From the NCBI GenBank assembly GCA_043812035.1, contig JBDRMR010000034.1, forward strand, positions 1 through 54,991: a stretch of 54,991 nucleotides of DNA. Reading direction: 5' to 3'. The notes under the pieces were generated by a model. The model saw only the letters and a list, made by a program, of their open reading frames with translations, searched no databases and was not told the origin of the DNA. This DNA comes from Candidatus Omnitrophota bacterium (GTDB lineage: Bacteria; Omnitrophota; Gorgyraeia; Gygaellales; JAHJCI01). Each line of letters opens with the position of its first letter. Positions within the stretch are counted from its first letter, which is position 1. Below are positions 1 through 8,900 of the stretch, one piece after another. The position numbers and the translations under genes are program-made.

Positions 1-267
1 CCGCAAGATACCTGGGCGTGGGAAGAGGTTAACTGGTATTCAAGACACGTTTCTTTCGGGGATGTAAGCATAAAAGAGATACTCCGGATGAAACATAAGG
101 GTATGCATATCGTAAGAGGCTGGAAGTACTGGTTTAATTATTTGTCTCTTGCTACTCCGGAAATGATTTTGCGCCAGTTTTTAAGGTTATTCTGGATATT
201 AAAGGTGTATTTTTCGCCGAAATACCGTTCGGTTAAAAAAATAATCCCCAGAAGAATATTTTATTAA
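1..267 (+). CDS. Partial CDS (3' end), unknown; possibly the C-terminus of another radical SAM protein
   Basis: Frame 1 is open from base 1 to TAA at 265-267 (PQDTWAWEEVNWYSRH...RRIFY) and ends 13 nt before the next ATG. Function is guessed from context only. Confidence 0.55.
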   Translation, partial: PQDTWAWEEVNWYSRHVSFGDVSIKEILRMKHKGMHIVRGWKYWFNYLSLATPEMILRQFLRLFWILKVYFSPKYRSVKKIIPRRIFY

Positions 268-280
268 AAATCATAAAATT

Positions 281-1687
281 ATGAAGATTCTTCTCATTGT
301 GCCTCCCTGTCCACCCGGAATGACTTATCCCTCGGGCGTTCATCCGCGCTTCTTTCCTCCTTTAGGAATAGGCTATATTGCTTCGGTACTGGAAAAAAAC
401 GGCTACGAAGTGACGATATCGGATTTGTATCTTAAGAAGTGGTCAAGCGTTTATCCCGTGTTGCAAAGCAAGCGCTATGATATTGTCGGTATAAGCTGTT
501 TTTTCCCGAGCAGGACGGGCATATATTCCCTAATAAGTCTTGTCAACAGGCTATACCCCCAGACAAAGATTATTTTGGGCGGTCCTTACCCCACGGTGAT
601 GGCAGAGAGGTTAATAATGCTTCCCTCCGTAACAGCGGTGGTAGTAGGAGAAGGCGAGAGGACGGTCCCGGAATTGATTAATGCCCTGAGGCAAGGGCGA
701 AGTTTATCCGGGATAAGAGGTATTGTCTTTAGGGAAGATAATCAGATTATCAGAACACAGCCGAGGGAGTATATAGAGAATCTCGATGAGTTGCCTTTTC
801 CTGCCTTCCACCTCTATGATTTAAAAAGCTATCAATGCTTTTGGCCGGGTAATCTCAATATCGTGGCGCAGTTTATTAAAGACAGGATAAGGGGAGCGAG
901 GTGGGCGCCGATTTTGACTACACGCTCTTGCGAGTTTCAATGCCAGTTTTGCGCGGTTCACATAACAGGCGGGGATAGGCCCCGCAGCCGTTCCGGCAGG
1001 AACGTGGCGGACGAGTTTGAGTTTTTGAACCGGGAGTTTGGTTATCAAACCATTTTTTTGCAAGACGCGGCCTTCCCGATAGGTAGCAGGTTGGCAAGGG
1101 AGCTTTGCGAGAATCTCCTTAGGCGCAAAGTCAGGATTCACTGGGCGACAAATGCCAGAGCCGACAGGGCGACCAAAGAGAATCTGCGCCTTATGCGGGA
1201 GGCAGGTTGTTTTTATTTATTGTTTGGTGTCGAGTCCGGGGCTCCCGGCATATTAAATAAAATAAATAAAAAGGAAACACTGGAAGATATAGTCGAAACG
1301 ATAATTATGGCAAAAGAAATAGGCATTGACGTCGGCATACATATCATTGTGGGATACCCAGGAGAAAATGAACATACAATAAACGAAACTATCAAGGTTA
1401 TCAGAGGGCTTAAGAAATATATAAAGACGCTTTATGTGCGTATCCTGGCTATTTTCCCGGGAACGGAATTGTACTACAGGGTATTGTCTCAAGGAAAAAT
1501 GGACGAAGATTACTTTTTCAGGCCCTCTCAAAGTTTTTTCATACCTTATACAATTGAGCATGACGTAAAGACCCTCTATAAATGGAAGAGAAAAATCCAG
1601 TCAAGCATAAAGCCCTTCTTTTTTCTGGATAAGGTTGCCGAGCATTTTAAAGAAGGCACAAGCCCAGGCATTTTACTTAATTCTTAA
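281..1687 (+). CDS. Cobalamin-binding radical SAM protein
   Basis: N-terminal B12-binding domain pattern (PPLGIGYIASVL, GGPYPT, VVGEGE), CxxxCxxC motif CEFQCQFC, GVESG, and IVGYPGE / FPGTELY. Confidence 0.9.
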   Translation: MKILLIVPPCPPGMTYPSGVHPRFFPPLGIGYIASVLEKNGYEVTISDLYLKKWSSVYPVLQSKRYDIVGISCFFPSRTGIYSLISLVNRLYPQTKIILGGPYPTVMAERLIMLPSVTAVVVGEGERTVPELINALRQGRSLSGIRGIVFREDNQIIRTQPREYIENLDELPFPAFHLYDLKSYQCFWPGNLNIVAQFIKDRIRGARWAPILTTRSCEFQCQFCAVHITGGDRPRSRSGRNVADEFEFLNREFGYQTIFLQDAAFPIGSRLARELCENLLRRKVRIHWATNARADRATKENLRLMREAGCFYLLFGVESGAPGILNKINKKETLEDIVETIIMAKEIGIDVGIHIIVGYPGENEHTINETIKVIRGLKKYIKTLYVRILAIFPGTELYYRVLSQGKMDEDYFFRPSQSFFIPYTIEHDVKTLYKWKRKIQSSIKPFFFLDKVAEHFKEGTSPGILLNS

Positions 1688-1693
1688 TAAAAT

Positions 1694-3226
1694 ATGAAGA
1701 AGGCGCGTATTAAGTTTTTGTTATTCTTAATTTTTGTTTGCGGATTCGCCTTAAGAATCTACAAATTGGGGCAACACAATCTGTGGTATGATGAGTTTTT
1801 CACCCTGGTTACGTCCAATAATCTCAGCTTGGAAAGATTATGCCATCAGATTCAGAGCCCGCTTTATTTTGTGTTCTTGAGGCAATGGATGAATTGGTTC
1901 GGAAGCTCTGAACTGGCCTTAAGGTTACCTTCCACCCTGTTTAATCTCCTTTGCATACCTATTATTTATCGAATCGGGAAGTTACTTTTTGATAGAAAAG
2001 CGGGTTTAGTTAGCGCTTTTATGTTGGCGGTTTCGCCGTTTCATATCTGGTATTCCCAGGAGGCAAGGGGCTATACCTTGGCTACCCCCCTTGCGCTTGC
2101 TACGGTTTATCTGTTCACCTTAGCTTTAAAAAAGAACAGAATGTACCTTTGGATTGGCTTTGCAGTATTTTCGATACTGGCCGTATATGCCAGCTATTTT
2201 TCATTTTTTATAATATTCTTTACTGGGCTGTTTGTCCTTTTGAAAAACCGCCGGCAACTGCTTAAGCGCTGGATTGTGAGCCTATGCTTTATCTTATTGG
2301 CATTTTCACCCTGGCTGCCGGTTCTCTTCAGGCAGGCCGCTCAAATAAAAGATGGTTTCTGGACGCCTAAACCTTCACTCGGGTCATTACTCTTCACGTT
2401 TGAGAACTTTAACGTCGGATACAGCGCTACGCCAAGTATTTATCTGCTCAGCACTATAATTTTTTCGGCATTATTTATCTTGGGCATCTCGCGCTGGAAA
2501 AGAGAAAAGGACAGCTTGATATTATTAATGATGGCTTTCTTTATTCCTGTAATCTCTGTATTTTTTATCTCACAATGGATGCCTGTTTATCTTGATAGAC
2601 AGCTGATGATGTTTTCTCCTTTTTATTATATAATCATTGCCGCCGGGCTGGGGAAAATTAAATCTCGCCCTGTCAATTTAATTATTTATGGACTTATATC
2701 TGTCTCAATTTTTAGCTGCCTTTATAATTATCATTCTTACCGCATGCCGGTAGGCCTGTTTCATCACATAGGCGTGCATCCTAAGCGGCCTGTCAAGCCT
2801 GCTGCCGATTATATAAGCATCGGATTTAGAAGGGGTGATATAATTGCCTTCTCCGAAGAAAGCAGTATTAGTTTACTGTATTATCTGCCTAAGAAACAGA
2901 GGAATTATTTTTACTTTATTATCGAATCAAAGCTGGAGCATTATTGGTATTCAGTCAAATGGCGCTACGGCACGGGTATGCTGCAAAGCGGGTTAAGGCC
3001 GCGAGTGGTTGTACTGGATAAAGAAGAATCATCGATTCCCGGGGCCAGAAACATAGGACAATACAATTTTAAAAGGATTTGGCTGATTTCTTCCTCTTGG
3101 CCGAAAGACGGCGAACTGGAGGCGCACGCGGCGGCGGTAAGGGAATGGATGAAGGCAAATTACGAGCTTATAGAGGGTATAGAATTTGAGGGAATTTTTA
3201 TAGACTTGTATAAAAGGAAATTCTAG
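1694..3226 (+). CDS. GT-C fold membrane glycosyltransferase (family 39 / PMT-ArnT-like)
   Basis: LWYDE, PLYF, ALRLPS and YSQEARGY motifs with many hydrophobic transmembrane segments. Confidence 0.85.
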   Translation: MKKARIKFLLFLIFVCGFALRIYKLGQHNLWYDEFFTLVTSNNLSLERLCHQIQSPLYFVFLRQWMNWFGSSELALRLPSTLFNLLCIPIIYRIGKLLFDRKAGLVSAFMLAVSPFHIWYSQEARGYTLATPLALATVYLFTLALKKNRMYLWIGFAVFSILAVYASYFSFFIIFFTGLFVLLKNRRQLLKRWIVSLCFILLAFSPWLPVLFRQAAQIKDGFWTPKPSLGSLLFTFENFNVGYSATPSIYLLSTIIFSALFILGISRWKREKDSLILLMMAFFIPVISVFFISQWMPVYLDRQLMMFSPFYYIIIAAGLGKIKSRPVNLIIYGLISVSIFSCLYNYHSYRMPVGLFHHIGVHPKRPVKPAADYISIGFRRGDIIAFSEESSISLLYYLPKKQRNYFYFIIESKLEHYWYSVKWRYGTGMLQSGLRPRVVVLDKEESSIPGARNIGQYNFKRIWLISSSWPKDGELEAHAAAVREWMKANYELIEGIEFEGIFIDLYKRKF

Positions 3227-3233
3227 GTTTTTA

Positions 3234-3261
3234 TTGACCTTTTATATATTAATGTTATAAT
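3234..3261 (+). promoter_or_regulatory. Putative sigma70 promoter for guaB3-guaA-dnaE
   Basis: TTGACC (3234-3239), 16-nt spacer, TGn extended -10, then TATAAT (3256-3261). An AAGGAG RBS precedes the ATG at 3284. Confidence 0.75.
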
Positions 3262-3283
3262 ATAAAAAATTAAAAAGGAGTAA

Positions 3284-4447
3284 ATGATGGCAGAATGGAT
3301 AGGAATAGGCAAGCGCGCGCGCCGCTGTTATGGCTTTGACGAGGTTGCGCTTGTCCCCGGGGCTCAGACAGTAAATCCGAAAGAGGTGGATACAAGTTTT
3401 TATATCGCCGACCTTAAATTCGGCGTGCCTATATTGGCCGCGGCTATGGACGGCGTGGTAGATGTCCGCTTTGCCATACAGATGTCTAAGCTGGGAGGCA
3501 TTGCGGTATTGAACCTGGACGGAATCCAGACGCGCTACGAGAACCCCGACGCAGTGCTGAAAGAGATAGCCAAGGCATCCCCGCAAAAAGCCACCAAATT
3601 GGTTCAGTCCGTATATAACAAGCCGATTAAAGAGAAACTCATTGCCAAAAGAATCAGCCAGATTAAGTCCGCCAAAGCAATTGCAGTGGTTAGCTGCATT
3701 CCCGCGCACGCGAATAGATTCAATCAGATTGCCGCGGACAACAAGGCGGACGTTTTTATCGTCCAATCTACCGTTGCAACCGTAAGGCACGTTTCCAGGG
3801 AATACAAAAGCCTGGATTTGTTTAAATTCTGCAAACAAAGCAAAATTCCGGTAATCGTAGGGAATTGCGTGACTTACGAGACGACTTTGGAGCTCATGGA
3901 AACCGGATGCGCCGGCCTGCTTATCGGCGTCGGGCCAGGGGCTGCCTGCACGACCCGCGGGGTGCTGGGAATCGGCGTCCCGCAGGTAACCAGCACAATT
4001 GACGCAGCCGCAGCCCGCGACTTTCATTGTAAAAGGACGGAGAAGTACGTCGCCATAATAACCGACGGAGGTATGAGTAGGGGCGGGGATATTTGCAAGG
4101 CCTTTGCCAGCGGCGCGGACGCGGTTATGGTCGGCTCTGCCTTTGCGCGCGCAAAAGAGGCGCCGGGAAGAGGCTATCACTGGGGGATGGCGACTTCCCA
4201 CGAAAACCTGCCTCGCGGCACGCGGATTTACGTCGGCTCAACCGGAACTCTGGATGAGATACTTTTCGGCCCGGCCAGAGTAGATGACGGCTCTCAGAAC
4301 CTTATGGGGGCCTTGCGGACCTCTATGGGTTCCCTGGGCGCAAAGAATATTAAAGAAATGCACGACGTTGAGGTTATAATCGCTCCTTCCATTCAGACAG
4401 AGGGCAAGATTTTCCAGGTAGCCCAGCGTGTAGGCATGGGAAAATAA
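3284..4447 (+). CDS. guaB: IMP dehydrogenase family protein, GuaB3 type (no CBS domains)
   Basis: GVGPGAACTTRGVLGIGVPQ with the catalytic Cys, plus ITDGGM, DAVMVGS and HWGMAT. Adjacent to guaA. Confidence 0.9.
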   Translation: MMAEWIGIGKRARRCYGFDEVALVPGAQTVNPKEVDTSFYIADLKFGVPILAAAMDGVVDVRFAIQMSKLGGIAVLNLDGIQTRYENPDAVLKEIAKASPQKATKLVQSVYNKPIKEKLIAKRISQIKSAKAIAVVSCIPAHANRFNQIAADNKADVFIVQSTVATVRHVSREYKSLDLFKFCKQSKIPVIVGNCVTYETTLELMETGCAGLLIGVGPGAACTTRGVLGIGVPQVTSTIDAAAARDFHCKRTEKYVAIITDGGMSRGGDICKAFASGADAVMVGSAFARAKEAPGRGYHWGMATSHENLPRGTRIYVGSTGTLDEILFGPARVDDGSQNLMGALRTSMGSLGAKNIKEMHDVEVIIAPSIQTEGKIFQVAQRVGMGK

Positions 4448-4460
4448 CAGGTGAAGGGAT

Positions 4461-5975
4461 ATGACTAAAGAGGTAATTCTGATTCTTGATTTCGGCTCGC
4501 CGTATACGCAGTTAATCGCGCAGAGAATAAGAGAAAACCACGTATTCTCGCAAATCGTTCCTTACAACATTCCGGCCAAAGAGATTAAGCTGCTGAAGCC
4601 CAATGGCATTATTCTCTCCGGAGGCGGGGCTTGCGTTTATCAGAAGAAAGCCCTGCTGCCCGAAAAGGCTATTCTTAAGCTCGACTTACCCGTATTGGGC
4701 GTCTGTTACGGCGCCAGGGCAATTGTCCAGCTCGCCGGCGGAAAGGCAAAATCTTCCAAGTCGTCCGAATTGCAAAGGCAGGAGTTGTTTATCGACAATG
4801 CCCGCAATATGTTTTGGCAGATGCCGGGGAATATTACCTGCCTGATGAGCGCCGGCGACTATATAAAAAAGCTTCCCGGCGGGTTCGCAAAGACGGCGCA
4901 TACCCAGGAAATCCCCATAGCCGCTTTTGAGAGCCCGAAGAAAAAGATTTACGGCGTCGTGTTTCATCCCGAAGTTGTCGCCACGCAACGCGGCAGCCAG
5001 ATCCTGAGTAATTTTCTTTATAAGGTTTGCGGCTGCATCGGCACCTGGACAATGGACCATTTTATCAAAGATACCATCGCGGAAATTAAGAAAACGGCCG
5101 GCAGCGGCAAGGTGGTAATAAATTTGAACGGAGAATTAGATTCCTCGGTCGCCGCGCTTCTAATCAATAAAGCCGTAGGAAAAAGGTTAAAATGCATTCT
5201 TATTAATACGGGCCTTTTGCGTTCGGCCGAGGTAAAGCTGATAAAAAAAGTATTCCGGAGCAACTTCCGCCTTAATTTAAGTTACATTGACAGAAGCCAG
5301 CGGTTTCTTCAAAGCTTGAAAGGCGTCACGGATGCCGAAGAAAAGAAAAGAATCATCGGCGAATCATCGGTGAGGCTATTCGAGGAAGAAATTAAAAAAT
5401 CAAAGGGAGCCGATTACCTGGCGCTGGGAACGCTTTATACTGAAATTATCAAGCCGGGGGGTCAGCGCGCCCGCAACGAAGGTTCCCGCAGGCGCGCCGG
5501 GCGGCAGGGCAGGTCCTCCGCTTCGGGAGTATCGCAGAAGCTGAAGGTCCTCCAACCGCTGAAAGATTTATTTAATGAGGAAATCAAGGTCGTAGCTAAA
5601 GAGCTCGGCTTGCCCGATGCCATGGTTTTCAGGCAGCCGTTTCCCGACGAGGGTTTAGCTGTCCGCATCGCCGGAGAAGTTACCGCGCCGAGGCTAAAAA
5701 TCCTGCAAGATGCCGACAGCTGCCTGGTGGAAGCGATAAAAAACGCCGGGCTATACGAACAGGTATGGCAGTCATTTGCAGTGCTGATTCCTCCGAAAAA
5801 CATAATCGCGATACGCTGTGTCGCATCCACGAACGGGATAACCGCAGACTGGGTAAGGTTGCCCTACGATGTGCTGGAGAAAATCGCCCGGCATATTCTG
5901 GGCAAAGTAAAAGCCGTAAGCCGCGTAGTTTACGATATAAGCCCCAAACCTCCTGTTAAAATCGAGTGGGAATAA
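4461..5975 (+). CDS. guaA: GMP synthase (glutamine-hydrolysing) homologue with a degenerate ATP-pyrophosphatase domain
   Basis: LDFGSPYTQLI, GVCYG and FHPEV in the GATase domain; RVVYDISPKPPVKIEWE at the C-terminus. The PP-loop reads LNGELDSS instead of LSGGVDSS. Confidence 0.85.
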   Translation: MTKEVILILDFGSPYTQLIAQRIRENHVFSQIVPYNIPAKEIKLLKPNGIILSGGGACVYQKKALLPEKAILKLDLPVLGVCYGARAIVQLAGGKAKSSKSSELQRQELFIDNARNMFWQMPGNITCLMSAGDYIKKLPGGFAKTAHTQEIPIAAFESPKKKIYGVVFHPEVVATQRGSQILSNFLYKVCGCIGTWTMDHFIKDTIAEIKKTAGSGKVVINLNGELDSSVAALLINKAVGKRLKCILINTGLLRSAEVKLIKKVFRSNFRLNLSYIDRSQRFLQSLKGVTDAEEKKRIIGESSVRLFEEEIKKSKGADYLALGTLYTEIIKPGGQRARNEGSRRRAGRQGRSSASGVSQKLKVLQPLKDLFNEEIKVVAKELGLPDAMVFRQPFPDEGLAVRIAGEVTAPRLKILQDADSCLVEAIKNAGLYEQVWQSFAVLIPPKNIIAIRCVASTNGITADWVRLPYDVLEKIARHILGKVKAVSRVVYDISPKPPVKIEWE

Positions 5976-5981
5976 TTAAAG

Positions 5982-8900
5982 ATGCCTCACTCCGAATTCA
6001 TCCATCTTCACGTCCATACTCAATACAGCCTTCTTGACGGAGCCTGCAGAATACCTCACCTTTTATCCCTGGCAAAGCAATACAATATGGATTCCTTAGC
6101 CATCACCGACCACGGCAATATGTTCGGAGCCATGGATTTTTATTTGCAGGCTCAAAAGGCGGGCATTAAGCCGATAATCGGCTCGGAGGTTTATATCGCT
6201 CCCGGCAGCCGCCTGGAGAAATCTCTGAGCGGGATAGAAGAGGCTTCTTATCATCTGGTTCTCCTCGCAAAGGACGAAGAGGGGTATAAAAACCTGATGA
6301 AACTCGTATCCATAGGCTATCTGGAAGGATTTTATTACCGGCCCCGCATAGACAAGGAGATCCTTTCGCGCTATTCAAAAGGCCTCATCGGCTTGAGTGC
6401 GTGCCTTAAAGGAGAAATACCTTGTTTGCTTTCTCAAAACCGTTTTAACGATGCCCTGAAAGCCTCCGACGATTTCATTCAGATATTGGGCAAAGATAAT
6501 TTTTACCTGGAGTTGCAGGAAAACGCAATAAAAGAGCAAAAGGGGGTTAATCAGGGCTTGATTAAGCTCGCCAGGCAGCTGTCTATCGGCCTGGTGGCTA
6601 CCTGCGACGTGCATTACCTGCAGCAGGAAGACGCTCTTTCCCACGACGCCCTGCTTTGCGTTCAGACCCAGGCTACTCTGGAAGACCCGAAGAGGTTGAG
6701 ATTCGGGTCTTCGGAATTCTATTTTAAGTCTCCCCAGCAGATGAAGGAGCTGTTTAAGGAATTGCCGGAGGTTCTGGAGAATACCCGGGAGATATCCTGG
6801 CGGTGTAATCTGGAATTGGATTTCAGCCAGATTCATTTACCTATATATGAGCCTCCCGGCGGCGCCACCCAGGAGGAGTTTTTAGAACAGCTTTGCCGGG
6901 AGGGAATAAGCAAAAGGTTCGGCAACGAATTCGGCGCCGCTTATAAGGAGAGGCTGGAGCACGAATTCAGGATTATAAAGGAAATGGGATTCACCAGCTA
7001 TTTCCTTATCGTCTGGGATTTTATCCACTACGCCAAAGAAAATAATATTCCCACCGGGCCCGGCCGCGGCTCGGCGGCGGGCAGCCTGGTCAGCTATTTA
7101 TTGGAGATTACGGATATCGACCCCATAAAATACAAGCTCCTGTTCGAGAGATTCCTGAATACGGAGAGGAAAGAGCTGCCCGACATCGACATCGATTTTT
7201 GCTACGTGAGGCGGCCCGAAGTAATAAATTACGTCACCCAGAAATACGGCCGGGAGAACGTGGCTCAGATTATCACCTTCGGAACGATGCAGGCACGCGC
7301 CGTTATCAGGGACGTAGGCAGGGTAATGGGCATCAGCTACGCCGACGTGGATAAGCTCGCCAAAATGATTCCGCCGGACCCGCATATCAGCCTGATGGAT
7401 GCCCTGGAATCGGAGAATGAATTGAAAAATCTATACAGGACTGACGAGCAGATTAAGAAGCTGATTGAGATTGCTTTATCCTTGGAGGGTCTGCTGCGCC
7501 ACGCTTCCGTTCATGCCGCGGGAGTGGTTATCGCCGATGCCCCTTTGACCGACTACATGCCTTTGTTTAAGTCCGGCGATGACCAGATTACCACAGGCTT
7601 CAGCATGGACGCTCTGGGTAAAATAGGCCTGCTTAAGGTCGATTTCCTGGGCTTGCGGACGCTCACGGTGATTCAGGAAACGGCTAACTTAATCCGCCAG
7701 CGAACCGGCAAGGCCGTAGATATCGAGAAGATTGACTTAACCGACGCAAAGACCTTTAAGCTTTTATGTTCGGCTCAGACGATGGGGATTTTCCAATTAG
7801 AAAGCTCGGGGATGCGGGATTTGCTGAGAAAGCTGGAACCGGAGCGTTTTGAAGATTTAATCGCCCTGCTGGCGCTTTACCGCCCGGGTCCGATAGGCTC
7901 GGGAATGCTCGATGATTTTATCAAACGCCGCCACGGTAAGGTAGCGGTGCGCTACGACCACAAGAGCCTGGAGCCGATATTGAAGGATACCTACGGAATA
8001 ATCGTTTATCAGGAACAGGTTATGCAAATCGCGTCTCAATTAGGAGGGTTCACGCTGACGTCCGCCGACCGGCTGCGCCGCGCCATGAGCAAGAAGATTC
8101 CCGAGGTAATGGAAGAGCAAAGAAAAAACTTTATCCTGGGCTGCAAAAATAACGGAATAGCCGAATCTACCGCCAATAAGATATTTGACCTCATTTTATA
8201 TTTTTCTGGTTACGGGTTCAACCGCTGTGTTGCGGGCGATACGCAGATAGTGGACGCTGACAGCGGTAAGTTGCTCACAGTAAGAGAACTTTATGAGAAG
8301 AAAAATTTAATAAGTACATTTGGCTGTGACGATAATCTAAAGATTAAGAAGAAAAGAATCACTAACATTATGAATAACGGCATCAAGGATGTGTATAAAG
8401 TAACCACATCTTTAGGAAAGGAATTAATAGTCACTGCTAACCACCCCTTTCTTACTATAGAGGGTTGGAAGAAATTAGAAGATATTTCTAAATCAGAAAA
8501 AATCGCTGTTCCTCGCCAAATCCCTTTTGTGGGTAATGAACAAATGCAGCCTCATAAACTAATTGTGCTTGCGGGAATTTTATCAGAAGGCAATACCTGT
8601 CATCCCAGCGGAGTTTATTATTATAATAATGATATTTTACAGGTTGAGGACTTTGTAGAAAATCTTAAAAGATTCGAAAACACAGAACCGACGGTTAGCA
8701 TGAGAAGAGGCAGATATGAGGTTTATGCGGGAACGGGTAAAGTTACAAAATTTTTTGCTAATCAGATACCATGGAATAAAGGTATAACCAAAAAGGAATA
8801 CCTGAGTTTTAAAGGCACAACAGATTTTAAAAAATCTGGAGTAAGGCTTTGGATAGAAAAGTTAGGGCTCGAATATAAAAAAGCAACTGAGAAATTCATC

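Noticed and set aside
3242-4201. 319-aa minus-strand ORF
   Set aside because: Antisense shadow of guaB3 with no recognisable motifs.
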